DNA of 47,416 nt from an uncultured Spirochaetota bacterium (GTDB lineage: Bacteria; Spirochaetota; Spirochaetia; SZUA-6; Fen-1364): positions 1 to 47,416 of the forward strand of contig CAVUXE010000089.1 of assembly GCA_963745235.1 (NCBI GenBank), read 5' to 3'. The notes beneath the pieces are model-generated. The model had not been told where the DNA came from, did no database searches, and saw only the letters and a program-made list of their open reading frames with translations. The first letter of the stretch is position 1. Every line of letters begins with the position of its first letter. Positions 18,187 to 29,418 of the stretch are shown one piece after another. A program made the position numbers and the translations under genes.

Positions 18187-19404
18187 CTATTCGTAGCGCA
18201 GCGCGTCAATGGGATCAAGGGCAGCGGCGCGACGCGCCGGGTAGTACCCGAACACCACGCCGGTCATCGCTGCCGAGACGAAACCGAGAAACACGGAGAA
18301 CCCAGAGATCACCGTGGGCCAGTGGGCGAGCTGGGAGACAAGGAACGAGATGCCGATACCCATGCCGACTCCGATCAGCCCCCCCGCGCAGGCCATGGTC
18401 AGCGCCTCGATCAGGAACTGGAGCAGGATGTCGCGTCCCCTCCCGCCCACGGCCATTCGAAGCCCGATCTCCCGGGTGCGTTCCGTGACGGACACGAGCA
18501 TGATGTTCATGATGCCAATGCCCCCCACCAGGAGGGAAACAACCGCCACGGCGGCCAGGAGGAGGGCCTGCGTCTGCACGGTGGCCGTCCGGACCGCCTG
18601 GACGTTTGCAATGTTGCGGATGGTGAAATCATCCGGCTCGACCGGGGTCAGGTGGTGCTGCAGGCGGAGAAGCCGCTCCGTGGCATCTATCACTCCAGCC
18701 ACGGTCTCTGGAGCCGAAGCGGAGATCATGATGGCGTTGACCCACGTCTGTCCCGTGAGCCTTTCCTGGTGCGTGGTGATGGGGACGACGATCACGTCGT
18801 CCTGGTCTCTGCCGAAGCCGGTCTGGCCCTTGGAGAGAAGCACCCCCAGCACCCGGAAGGGAACGCTCTTGATGATGATGGTGCTGCCCACGGCCCCGCC
18901 CGCGGGAAAGAGGTTGGCCGCCACGGTGCTTCCCAGAACGGCAACCTTGGACACGCGGTCAACGTCCTGCTTCGTGAAGAAACTCCCCTGGGCCACCGTC
19001 CAGTTCCCGACGGTGGGCCAGTCCGGGCTCGTGCCGCCGATCACCGTGTACCAGTTGGCTGAGCCGGCAACCACCTGCGTGTTCGTCTGCGAATACGGAG
19101 CAACCCCGCTGACCTCGGGAACGTTGGCCGCGATGGCCGCCACGTCATCCGGTGTCAGGGTGGTCCGTGAGCCGCTTCCCAGGCTCACGCCCCCGCTCGT
19201 GATGCTGCCCGGGGTGATGACGATGAGGTTGGCGCCCAGGCTCTCGATCTGCTTGAGCACGGCCGCCTGCGCTCCAGCCCCGATGGCCATGGAGGCGATG
19301 ACCGCGCCCACGCCGATGATGATCCCGAGCATGGTGAGGAGCGAGCGGCTGACGTTGCGCCGGAGCGCTTTCCACGCCGTGCGTACAAGAACAATGAAGC
19401 TCAT
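18187..19404 (-). CDS. macB: MacB-type ABC permease
   Basis: RSLLTMLGIIIGVGAVI; GGIGIMNIMLVSVTERTREIGLRMAVG; YPARRAAALDPIDALRYE. Confidence 0.93.
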   Translation of the reverse strand: MSFIVLVRTAWKALRRNVSRSLLTMLGIIIGVGAVIASMAIGAGAQAAVLKQIESLGANLIVITPGSITSGGVSLGSGSRTTLTPDDVAAIAANVPEVSGVAPYSQTNTQVVAGSANWYTVIGGTSPDWPTVGNWTVAQGSFFTKQDVDRVSKVAVLGSTVAANLFPAGGAVGSTIIIKSVPFRVLGVLLSKGQTGFGRDQDDVIVVPITTHQERLTGQTWVNAIMISASAPETVAGVIDATERLLRLQHHLTPVEPDDFTIRNIANVQAVRTATVQTQALLLAAVAVVSLLVGGIGIMNIMLVSVTERTREIGLRMAVGGRGRDILLQFLIEALTMACAGGLIGVGMGIGISFLVSQLAHWPTVISGFSVFLGFVSAAMTGVVFGYYPARRAAALDPIDALRYE

Positions 19405-20178
19405 GAGGTTACCTCCCGGGCGGGACGATCGTCTATGATGAGACCGTCTCGGAAGGTCACCACCCTGTCCGTCCATGCGGCAACGTCCGTGGCGTGAGTC
19501 ACGACGATGATGGTGATCCCGTTGTCGCGGTTGAGATGACGGAATAGCGTCATGATCTCCACGCTGCTCGCGCTGTCCAGGTTGCCCGTCGGCTCGTCAG
19601 CCATGAGCGAGCGGAGCGCCGTTGGCAAGGGCCCGAGCAATGGCGACGCGCTGCTGCTGGCCGCCGGAGAGCTCGATTCGGCCGGTGGTCCATGCGCTGC
19701 CCGAGCCCCACCTGCTCCAGGATTGCGCGTCCGCGCTCGTCGCGCGTCTTCTGCGGGACTCCGGCGTAGAGCATGGGCAGCTCCACGTTCTCCAGGGCGT
19801 TCGTTCGCGCCAGGAGATTGAAGCTTTGAAAGACGAAGCCGATCTGCCGGGCAGCGGATGGCGGCAAGCTGGTCCCGTGTCAGCCCGGAGACCTCCTGGC
19901 CGGCAAGGACGTACGAGCCGGAGGTGGGCCGGTCAAGGCATCCAAGCAGGTGCATGAACGTGGACTTGCCCGAACCGGACGGCCCCATGATCGCCACGAA
20001 CTCTCCGTGGGAAACGGAGAGGCTCACGCCCCGAAGGGCCTGCACCATTGACTCCCCTTCCCCGTAGATCTTTGTCAGGTCCTTCACCTCAATGAGGGAC
20101 CCGCGCGCCGGAGCGCTCTCTCCCTCGGGAGCGAGTGCCGCCCCCAGCTCCCGCCGCCCGCGTCTCGCTCTGTTCCAT
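19401..20178 (-). CDS. MacB-type ABC ATP-binding protein (several frameshifts)
   Basis: GPSGSGKST; IGFVFQSFNLLART in ORF 19550..19867; ADEPTGNLD; VTH. Probable start at TAATG overlap 20178. Confidence 0.85.
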
Positions 20179-21589
20179 TACTGGGCCTGCCTTTGAGCCT
20201 GAGCACCGGCTGCGTTTCCCTGCCGGGCGGCCGCGCCGCCCTGCGGAGAGCCTGCGGCAGCCGAAGCGCTGCCCGGCGGCCGCGGCGGTGCCTGCCTGGG
20301 ACGACGTGTTCCGCCCACCGCCTCCCCGGCGCTGGGCGATGACGACCGAGTCCACTCCCGGCTGCAGTCCACCGCCTGTGATTTCGACGTTCTTGCCATC
20401 CGAAAGGCCGATCACCACCCGTCGGGGCGCGGGGCGCCCGTTCTGCAGGACCCAGACTGTCACCTGGGAGCCGGGCGCTCCGGCAACGGCTTGTGCCCCG
20501 GGAGCGGCGCCGGAGCTCTGCACCAGCCCCGCGCCCCCACCGAACGCGCCGCCGAACCCTCCCGACGCGCCGCTCGGGGCAGCCAGAGGCCGGTAGAGAA
20601 GCGCCGCGATGGGAACGGACGGCACGTGCGTCCTCTTGCCAACGTCGATATTCACCTGCGCGGTCATTCCCGGCAGGAGCCGTCCCGACGTGTCGTGCAC
20701 CACGACCACCGCGTCGTAGGTCACAACGTTCTGGGTGATGATCGGGTTGATGCGCACCTGCTGGACCGTCCCCTGGAATGTTTCGTTGGGGAAGGCGGTC
20801 ACCGTGAACGCTGCCGAAGCCCCCTGGCGCACTCCGCCCGCATCCGCCTCGTCAACCGAGGTGTCCACCTGCATGTCGGTCAGGTTCGTAGCCAGGGTGA
20901 AGAGAGTCGGTGTCTGCAGTGATGAGGCCACGGTCTGCCCGATGCTCACGTTGCGGGCCATGACGACGCCGTCCCAGGGACTCCTGATCACGGTCTTGGA
21001 CAGATTGTATAAGGCCTGGTCGAGGTTGCCCTGCGCCACGGCAACCTGCGCCTCCGCCACCTGGACGGCCGCCTGCGAGGCCAGGTAGTCCTGGTTGGCG
21101 GTGATGCCGGCTGTATTGTCGGTGTCCATCTGGTTCTGGTTGATGAGTCCCTGCTTCAAAAGCGGCTCATCACGCTGCACGGTGAGATTTGCCAGGTCGA
21201 GGAGCGCTTTCATCTTGCCCACATTCACCTTTGCGCTGTTGAGGTTCGCCTGCGCCAGGTTGAGATTTGCCTTGCCGGAGTCCACGGCCGCCTTGTAGTC
21301 GGTCGGGTCAAGGGTCGCCAGCACCTGGTTTTTCTTGACCCGTGAATTGTAGTCGGCGCCAAGCGCGATGATGGTGCCCGATACTTCGCTTCCCACCGAT
21401 ACTGTGTTCACCGGGTTGACGGTCCCCGTTTCGCTCACCGTGGCGGAAATATCCGCGAACCCCACAGGCCGCGTGATGTAGGTAGATTCCGTCTCGCCGC
21501 GCAAACAGAGGTCGAAGCACGATCACTGCAACGATTGCCACAATGATCACCGCGCCCGTAATAATGATAGCCTTTGGTGCCGTTTTCAT
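20178..21589 (-). CDS. macA: MacA-like periplasmic adaptor (frameshifts near 21500 and 20260)
   Basis: N-terminal anchor MKTAPKAIIITGAVII; GTVNPVNTVSVGSEVSG; IRSPWDGVV...GQTVASSLQTPTLF; LLPGMTA. Confidence 0.88.
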
Positions 21590-21600
21590 CTCGTTCCCCT

Positions 21601-23045
21601 CTATAAGCCCATGACGTTGTCGAGGCTCAGCAGCGCAAGGATGTAGTTGCTCTTTGCCTGTTCCAGACCCACTTCCGCGGTGGTGAGCGCCTGCAGCGCG
21701 GTCAGCACGTCCAGGGTTGTCACCAACCCCACCGCATATCTTGCCTTCTGAAGGTCGTACTGGCCCTGCGCCGCCTTCACGCTTTGTCCCGCGAGGTCAA
21801 GCCGATTGCGCGTGTCCTGCACGCTGAAAAGCGCATTCTGCACCGCGATGGTTATGCTCTGCCTCTCCTGGTCCTGCTGGACCTTGTACGAGGCAATCTG
21901 ATCTGCCGCCTGCTCCACCTGGGCATTCCGCAGGCCCCCATCCAGAATCGGGAGTGCGATGGAAGCTCCCAGGGAAAAGCTTCCCGCGTTGACATTTGCG
22001 CTCCAATCCTGTCCCAGTCCCAGACCGCCGTTGACGGAAACCACCGGATAAATCTGGCTTTTCTGCAGGGCAAGGTTGATATTCGCCGCCGCGATATTCA
22101 AATCAAAGGTAAGAAGCTCCGAGCGATTCTGGAAAGCGGTCTTCAGCGCCTCGTCAAGCTGGAGGGAGGGCAAGTCCGGAATCGGACTGTCCGCCACGAG
22201 GTATTCCTTGTCCTGTGGCCAGCCGACCTGCTGGGAGAGGTTCCTCGATCCACCGCCACCGTGTTCTGGGCGGTGCGAAGGTCCAGCTGGGCCTGCGTGA
22301 GGGTGACCTGGTTCTGAAGGACGTCGAGCTGGGTGGCGCGCCCGGCGGTGAGCAGCCCCTGGTAGTAGGCGAGGTTCTGCTGGTCCTGCGTGACCGTTGC
22401 CTGCCGGATGAGGACGGTTTTCTGATCCACGAGCAGAGTGTAGTAGGCCTGCTTGACCTGGTAGATCACGCTTTTCAACGAGGCCTCGTACGCCACCTGT
22501 GCGGCGCGATACGTGTAGTCCGCCTGCTGCACCGCGGCCGCCGCCCTGCCGCCGGGGTAGCCGTCAAACACGGTCTGACTTGCGGAGAGGCTGACGGAGC
22601 TCACCTGGTCGCTGGGAGCCACCTCCATGATGCTGTGCTGCGCGGTGAGCCCGAGGCTCGTGGATGGGCTGGAGAGAGTAAGACCGCCCTGGATATTCTC
22701 TCCATTCAGCGGGCCGGCTCCGGCGGCAGTGGCCGCGGCGGAAAGCGGCGTGGATGCCGAGCTCCCGCTTCCCAGGCTCCCCGCATGGGTATAGTCGCCC
22801 TTCCCGCCCAGAGCCAGACCGTTTGTCGCCTGGGTCTGGACGAGCTGCGCATGGGCCGTGCCGACCGCTATCGTCGCCAGTCTGAGACCGGGCGCCGTTA
22901 CGCGTGCGGCGGCAACAACCTGGTCCAGCGTCACCGTCCCCGGGGACGCCACGGTTGCCTGCTGCGCCAGGAGCCTTCCGGCGTTCAGGGTCAGAAGCGC
23001 GGCTGCCAGCAATACCGGGGTGCGGAATCCGGAAGGTTTTTTCAT
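21601..23045 (-). CDS. TolC-family outer-membrane efflux protein (frameshifted near 22200-22250)
   Basis: Signal peptide; VKQAYYTLL; YPVVSVNG; PILDGG; RYAVGLVTTLDVL. Confidence 0.88.
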
Positions 23046-23250
23046 CACTTTCGCGAGCCTCCTGCATCGAATATCCATGAAAGTGTCCCCGTGTTCCATA
23101 AAGGATAAATGAAAGGAGGATAACTTTCTGTTCAACAGCGATCTTACCCGGACCTCCCTGAATGGCCAATGAACCGGGGGTGAATAATCGATAATTTTCT
23201 GTTATGCAATATCTTCTTCTTCCGGACGACTGGATTTCGAGGAGCAACGA

Positions 23251-24980
23251 ATGCTGAAGCTGTTCAAGTACCTGAAGCCATACACAGTGCCCATGACCGT
23301 GGTCCTGGGGATGGTCCTGCTGTATTCCCTTTCTGAGCTGTACCTTCCGACCCTCCTGGCGAACATCGTGGACAAGGGGATCGCCCGGGGCGATGTGTCG
23401 CATATCCTTCGCGTCGGCGGCCTCATGCTGCTGGTCGCGCTGGGCGGCGCCGCGTGCACCGTCATTGGCAGCTATTTTTCCGCCCGGGTGGGGATGGGGT
23501 ACGGGCGGGACCTTCGCCGCCTGGTATTCACCCACGTGGAAGGCTTCTCCCTGCATGAGTTCGACAAAGTCGGGACACCGTCCCTCATCACCCGCACCAC
23601 CAACGACATCACCCAGGTGCAGAACTTCGCCATGATGATGATGCGCATGATGATCATGGCGCCCATCATGGCCATCGGCGGAATCATCATGGCCCTCCAG
23701 AAGGACGCGCGCCTCACCTGGGTGCTCGGCGTGGCAATCCCGATCATCGCAGCGCTCATCATTCTCATCGCCTCACGCGGCATTCCGCTGTTCCGCGCCA
23801 TCCAGGCCAAGATCGACAGGATCAACCTCGTGATGCGGGAAGGGCTCACGGGCGTCCGTGTCGTGCGGGCGTTCAACAGGATAGACCACGAGAGGGAACG
23901 CTTCGATGAGGCCAACCGGGACCTCACCGCCGCCTCCATCAAGGTCAACAAGATCATGGCCCTGCTTTTCCCCCTCATGATGCTCGTGATGAACCTGACC
24001 ACCGTGGCCATCATCTGGTTCGGCGCAAGGCGGATCGACATGGGGGAAATGCAGGTCGGGAGCCTCATGGCGTTCCTCCAGTACGCCATCCAGATCCTTT
24101 TTGCCGTGCTCATGGTCTCCTTCCTCTTCGTCATGCTTCCCCGCGCCGCGGCCTCCGCCACCCGCATCAACGAGGTGCTGGCAATCGATCCCGAGATCAG
24201 GGACCGCGCGCAGACCCGCGCGGCGGAGGATGAGCGGGGATTCATCGAGTTTCGCAATGTCACCTTCAGCTACCCCGGGGCCGAAGAGCCGGCAATCCGC
24301 GGCATATCCTTCAGCGCGGGGCCGGGGGAGGTCACGGCGATCATCGGCGGCACGGGATCCGGCAAGTCGACCCTCGTGAACCTCATCCCCCGGTTCTACG
24401 ACGTGGACAGCGGGAGCATCCTGGTGGACGGGGTCGACATCCGGGAAATGGCGCAGGAGAGTCTGCGAACGAAGCTCGGATTCGTGCCCCAGAAGGCGGT
24501 GCTCTTCAACGACACCATTGCCAACAACATCCGCTACGGCAGAGAAGGCGCCTCGGATGAGGAGGTGGCGCGCGCCGCGGAGACGGCCCAGGCCAAGGGA
24601 TTCATCCTGGAGATGCAGGACGGTTTCCAGTCCGTGGTCGCGCAGGGAGGGGCCAACCTCTCCGGGGGGCAGAAGCAGCGCCTGTCCATAGCGCGCGCCC
24701 TCGTGAGGAAACCAGAGATCTACGTGTTCGACGACACGTTTTCCGCCCTGGATTTCACGCACGGACGCGAACCTCCGGGCCGCGCTGCGGCAGGGAGACG
24801 GCGGATGCCACGGTGATCATCGTGGCGCAAAGAGTGAACACCATCATGGATGCAGACCGGATCATCGTCCTGGACGATGGCGCGGTCGTGGGGCAGGGCA
24901 CCCACCGCGAGCTTCTGAGGACGTGCGAGGTCTACCGCGAGATCGTCTCCTCCCAGCTCTCCGAGGAGGACCTGGCATGA
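23251..24980 (+). CDS. Heterodimeric ABC exporter, subunit with degenerate catalytic residues (TM287-like; frameshift near 24765)
   Basis: TMD plus NBD: GGTGSGKST, LSGGQKQR, Walker B YVFDD (D for E), IVAQR (Q for His). Confidence 0.92.
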
Positions 24981-26873
24981 GCGACGGACAGGGAAGAGGA
25001 AGACCAGCAGCAGGACCCCGCGGTCGCGGCGGCTTCATGGGCGGCGGGCACATGATGGGAGGCATGCCCGCCGAGAAGCCGAAGAACTTCCGGGCAACGC
25101 TGAAGAGGCTCCTGCGCTACCTGAAGCCGCGGAGCGCCGGGCTTGCCGTGGTATTCGCGCTGGCAATCCTCAGCAGCCTGTTCGGCCTTTTCGCGCCGAA
25201 GATCATGGGCGGCGCCACCACCCACATCTTGGACGGGATCAAGGGGAAGATCAACCACGTGGCGGGCGCCGGCATCGACTTCGGATTCCTGCTCCACACG
25301 GCCCTGGTCCTGATCGGCCTGTACCTCGTGAGCTCCCTCTTCAGCTACCTGCAGCAGTACATCATGGCGGGAGTGGCGCAGAAGACGGTCTACGACATGC
25401 GCCGCGACGTGAGCGAAAAGCTCGGCGGCTGCCCCTTTCCTTCTATGACGGGCGCACGCACGGGGAGATCATGAGCCGGGTCACCAACGACATGGACAAC
25501 ATGGCCACCACGCTCCAGCAGAGCCTCACGCAGATCATCACATCGCTTGTGACCATTGTCGGGGATCATCATCATGATGATCACCATCAGCCCCCTGCTC
25601 ACCCTCATCGTGGTGGGTGTCCTGCCGCTCAGCATCATCATGACCCGGCTCATCGCCCCCCGGTCCCAGAAACATTTCGCCGGTCAGTGGAAGAGCCTGG
25701 GGCAGCTCAACGGCCACGTGGAGGAAATGTACACGGGCCACGCCATCGTGAAGGCGTTCGGCAGGGAGCGCAGGACCATCGAGAAGTTCACCGCCATCAA
25801 CGAGCAGCTCTACGAGTCGAGCTGGCGCGCCCAGTTCATTTCCGGCCTCATGATGCCGCTCATGACCTTCATCAACAACATCGGCTACGTGGCGGTCGCC
25901 GTGGCGGGGGCGATCATGGTGCTACGCGGGAACCTCCCCATCGGCGACATCCAGGCCTTCATCCAGTACTCCCGGCAGTTCACGTTGCCCATCGCGCAGA
26001 CCGCCAACATCGCCAACGTCCTGCAGAGCACCATCGCCTCGGCGGAGCGCGTGTTCGAGCTCCTGGACGAGCCGGAAGAGCAGCCGGACGACCCGGCATC
26101 GCCGGCGCCGGCCGACACCCGGGGCGAGGTGAGGTTCGAGAACGTGCGCTTCAGCTACAAGCCGGAAGAGCCGCTCATGGAGGACATGAACATCGACGTG
26201 AAGGCCGGCCAGACCATCGCCATTGTCGGCCCGACGGGCGCCGGCAAGACCACGCTGGTCAACCTCCTGATGCGTTTCTACGAGATGCAGGGCGGCAGGA
26301 TCACGATTGACGGCGTGGATGTGCGCCGGATTGCGCGCGGGAACCTCCGCCGCACGTTCGGCATGGTGCTGCAGGACACGTGGCTCTTCAACGGCACCAT
26401 CCGGGACAACATCGCCTACGGACGGGAGAAGGCCACGGAGGAGGAGATCCACGCAGGCGGCTGTTGCCGCACACGCGGACCATTTCATCCGCACGCTCCC
26501 TGAGGGCTACAACACCGTGCTGAACGAGGAAGCCTCCAACATCTCACAGGGCCAGCGCCAGCTTCTGACCATCGCCCGGGCCGTCCTGGTCGATCCGGCC
26601 ATCCTGATCCTGGACGAGGCCACCAGCAGCGTGGACACCCGGACCGAGGTGCTGATCCAAAAGGCCATGACGTCCCTCATGAAGGGGAGGACGAGCTTCG
26701 TCATAGCCCACCGGCTGTCCACCATCCGCGACGCGGAGCTGATCCTCGTGATGAACCATGGAAAGATCGTGGAGACGGGGACGCACGCAGAGCTTCTGGC
26801 GCAGGGCGGATTCTACGCGGAGCTGTACAACAGCCAGTTCGCGGGGGCGAGCATCGAAGCGGAGACCGCGTAG
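24977..26873 (+). CDS. Heterodimeric ABC exporter, consensus-catalytic subunit (TM288-like; frameshifts near 25430, 25560, 26455)
   Basis: ATGA overlap; [30 protein letters not shown]. Confidence 0.92.
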
Positions 26874-26930
26874 GGGCTTTGCCGTCGCGCCAGGGACAGG
26901 GCGCAGAGGGCACACCGCGGCGAGCGATAG

Positions 26931-28262
26931 CTAGAGCTTTCCAGCGGTTGCGGCGGAAGTGTAGTCCTCCAGCACCATGATAACGCTTTCACGGACCAGG
27001 GACTCCGGGTCCAGGGCGCAGCGGCCTTCAATGACCCTTCGGTACTGCAGGGGCAGGTGCTGGCTGAGCAGGGGCAGCGGGATGCCGCTTCTGGCCAGGT
27101 TGCGCATGAGCACGCCGCGTGACTCCTGCACGGCGGGCGCCGTCCAGTAGTACCTGCTCCTGTCGGAGAAGCTGTACCTGCGGGACAGGCGCTTCTGCTC
27201 CTCGGTGCCCGTGTAATAACCCGCCCAGTGCGTCGGGTCCTCCCGCATGGCGGCATCCAGGGTCTCAGACAGAGACGAGAGGCTTTGACCTGAGCCGAGT
27301 GAAAAGACCAGCTCCTTCTCTATGAGCTCCAGGCTGAACAGGCATTCACGCATGGCGAACGTCAGGGCCGGCCCCACCTTCACAATGGCAACGCCGTCCT
27401 CCACGAGCCGCCGCAGGCTTGCCGCGGACTGGTAGTCAGTGGAGTGGCCTTCTATCACCAGCCCCGGCATTGCCCGCGCGGTCCGGCAGAGCGGCGCGGC
27501 CTTTTCCCTATCGTAGCGCTGGACCGTCCCGTCCCCGTATTCGACCCCCGGTTGGGCCACGCACGCCACCACGCGACCCCACCCGTCCGCGAGACCGCGC
27601 CTGAGAAACTCCTCTTTGCAGAGAGAAACTGTTCGCTCGAGCTCACGCGAGCCCGTGACCACGGCGCCCTCGTGGCCGCTTGCAATTCCGCCGGGGGCCG
27701 GCACCTCTGTTCCAATGACGTAGACGGGAGGAGCGCTGGAGGGGTGGACCTTCTGGTAGTCCTGGAAGGCCGCTTCCGCTGTCTGCGCGAGCTCCGCCTC
27801 CCTCTGCGCGGCCAGGCGGGGATCCAGGGCCCCCTCGCCATCCAGGGCGTCTCCGGCAAGGGGCATGCTCGCATCCAGATGAATCTTGGCGTAGCCGGCG
27901 TGGATGCAGGCCACCACCAGCTCGCGGGAAAGGGTCATTGCCTCCGGGGACCTTCTTGACCGCCATGGGTATGGGCCAAGGTGATCTCCGCCCAGGATGA
28001 TCCTTTCCGGGGGGAAGCCCGCGGAGCCGGCTCGGGACAGAATGAATGCGCAGAAGTCGCGCGGCGCCATTCCCGTATAACCGCCGAGCTGGTTGACCTG
28101 GTTGACAGTGGACTCGATGAGGACAGGCAGCCCGAGACGCTTCGCGTGAAGCAGAGCGGCGTCAACCACCGCCGGGTGCGCGCTGCATACCGAGCATACC
28201 CCTGCCGGCGACCCCTTCTTCTGGGCGGCAACGATGTCGCTGAAGAACTGGAGAGTGTTCAC
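26931..28262 (-). CDS. gatZ: GatZ/KbaZ family protein (tagatose-6-phosphate 4-epimerase / tagatose-bisphosphate aldolase non-catalytic subunit)
   Basis: SVCSAHP, IESTVNQVNQ.GGYTGM, GGDHLGP, KIHLDAS, GTEVP, EGHSTDYQ, KVGPALTF, SDRSRYYW; GTGA overlap with the kinase stop. Confidence 0.92.
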   Translation of the reverse strand: MNTLQFFSDIVAAQKKGSPAGVCSVCSAHPAVVDAALLHAKRLGLPVLIESTVNQVNQLGGYTGMAPRDFCAFILSRAGSAGFPPERIILGGDHLGPYPWRSRRSPEAMTLSRELVVACIHAGYAKIHLDASMPLAGDALDGEGALDPRLAAQREAELAQTAEAAFQDYQKVHPSSAPPVYVIGTEVPAPGGIASGHEGAVVTGSRELERTVSLCKEEFLRRGLADGWGRVVACVAQPGVEYGDGTVQRYDREKAAPLCRTARAMPGLVIEGHSTDYQSAASLRRLVEDGVAIVKVGPALTFAMRECLFSLELIEKELVFSLGSGQSLSSLSETLDAAMREDPTHWAGYYTGTEEQKRLSRRYSFSDRSRYYWTAPAVQESRGVLMRNLARSGIPLPLLSQHLPLQYRRVIEGRCALDPESLVRESVIMVLEDYTSAATAGKL

Positions 28263-29191
28263 GCCAGGAGCGCGGCAACTGACCGCGGGTTGATCTTTCC
28301 TTCCATCGGACCGAAGGCCTGCGCGTTGAGCGCGCCGACCGCGGAGGCGAGGCGAGCCGACTCCCGCGGATCCTTCCCGTCCAGCTGTCCGCAAAGGAAC
28401 CCCGCATCGAAGCAATCTCCCGCTCCGGTCGGGTCAACTTCCTGGATGGGGAAGGCAGGCACATCCGTGCGGCCGTCCCGGGAGAAGACCGTGCAGCCGC
28501 TGCTGCCCCGTTTGAGCACGAGCAGCTCCAGGGGGTAGCGCTCCATGAGCGCCTCCACGCCCCTTTCAACGTCCCGCTTCCCGCTCAGGCTCGACACTTC
28601 CTTCTCCCCGGGAAAAAGAATGGAGCACCGGCTGAGGACAGGTCCCGTGACCTCTTCCACGTCGCGTCCGGCAAGGAGCTCGAAGCGGATATTGGGATCG
28701 AAGCTGATTCGCGCGCCCCTGGCGGCAAAGAGCTCCATGGCCTGGAACACGCGCCGGCGAAACCCCTCGTTCGCCATCAGGGAGCAGCCCATGACGTGGA
28801 AGAAGCGCGGCGCGTCCCCAACGCTCGCTGCGTCCGGCGCGCCGGCCATCACGGCGGGCGTCCCGTCCCAGTGGAAGATGAAGTTCCGTGATCCGTCCGG
28901 CTCGTACATGACGAACGCCACGCCCGTTGAGTGGTTGGGGAAGACCTGCACCAGCTCCACGTTGACGCCGTCCGCGCGCAGCCTGTCCAGTATGCAGCGG
29001 CCGAAATCATCGTCACCGACGCCGCTGATGATTGCCGCCGAGTGCCCCAGGCGCGCAACGGTGTCGATGAATATGCCGGGCGCTCCGCTGGGAAAAGGAC
29101 CCAGGAACTCCCCCACCTTCCCGAGGCTCATTCCCGGTCGGGGCCGCATGACCTCCACCAGCAGCTCACCCATGATCCAGACGTCCGCCAT
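28259..29191 (-). CDS. PfkB-family sugar kinase
   Basis: GELLVE, GPFPSGAPGI, GVGDDDFG, FDPNIR, VDPTGAGDCFDAG. Confidence 0.93.
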   Translation of the reverse strand: MADVWIMGELLVEVMRPRPGMSLGKVGEFLGPFPSGAPGIFIDTVARLGHSAAIISGVGDDDFGRCILDRLRADGVNVELVQVFPNHSTGVAFVMYEPDGSRNFIFHWDGTPAVMAGAPDAASVGDAPRFFHVMGCSLMANEGFRRRVFQAMELFAARGARISFDPNIRFELLAGRDVEEVTGPVLSRCSILFPGEKEVSSLSGKRDVERGVEALMERYPLELLVLKRGSSGCTVFSRDGRTDVPAFPIQEVDPTGAGDCFDAGFLCGQLDGKDPRESARLASAVGALNAQAFGPMEGKINPRSVAALLA

Positions 29192-29192
29192 A

Positions 29193-29280
29193 TGGAGGGC
29201 AAGGGAATCGAACCCCTGAAAAGGCCTGCTGGAGGATCGCCACCTGTTGCGGTGTTTCAGGACCCCCCTTCCTTCCCTCC
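29193..29280 (-). ncRNA. Candidate tRNA-like structured RNA element directly upstream of pfkB
   Basis: 5' GGAGGG pairs with 3' CCCTCC followed by A; T-arm CAGGGG-TTCGATT-CCCTTG; no canonical D or anticodon arm. Confidence 0.4.
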
Positions 29281-29418
29281 CGCAGACAGGAATGTCCAAA
29301 GGCGCCGTGCCATTGCCTGCCTGCGTTTTACGCCCGTCGACATCGATGTCAGAGCCGCGCGGCGCCCACGGAGGGGCGGAGGGCGCGCCAGACACTTCCG
29401 TTCAACAGGCGCCTCCTT

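Noticed and set aside
23140-23190. CTGAAT...GGGGTGAAT resembling a c-di-AMP (ydaO) riboswitch
   Set aside because: Only two short words match; the remaining conserved elements and stems are missing.
23251-26873. Degenerate ATPase motifs as a sign of inactivation
   Set aside because: One degenerate and one consensus site is the normal state of TM287/288-type heterodimers.
29193-29280. Canonical tRNA or SRP RNA call
   Set aside because: No D-arm or correctly placed anticodon arm; the CAGG...AGCAG segment lacks the SRP stem and GNRA-type loop. Kept only as a tRNA-like candidate.
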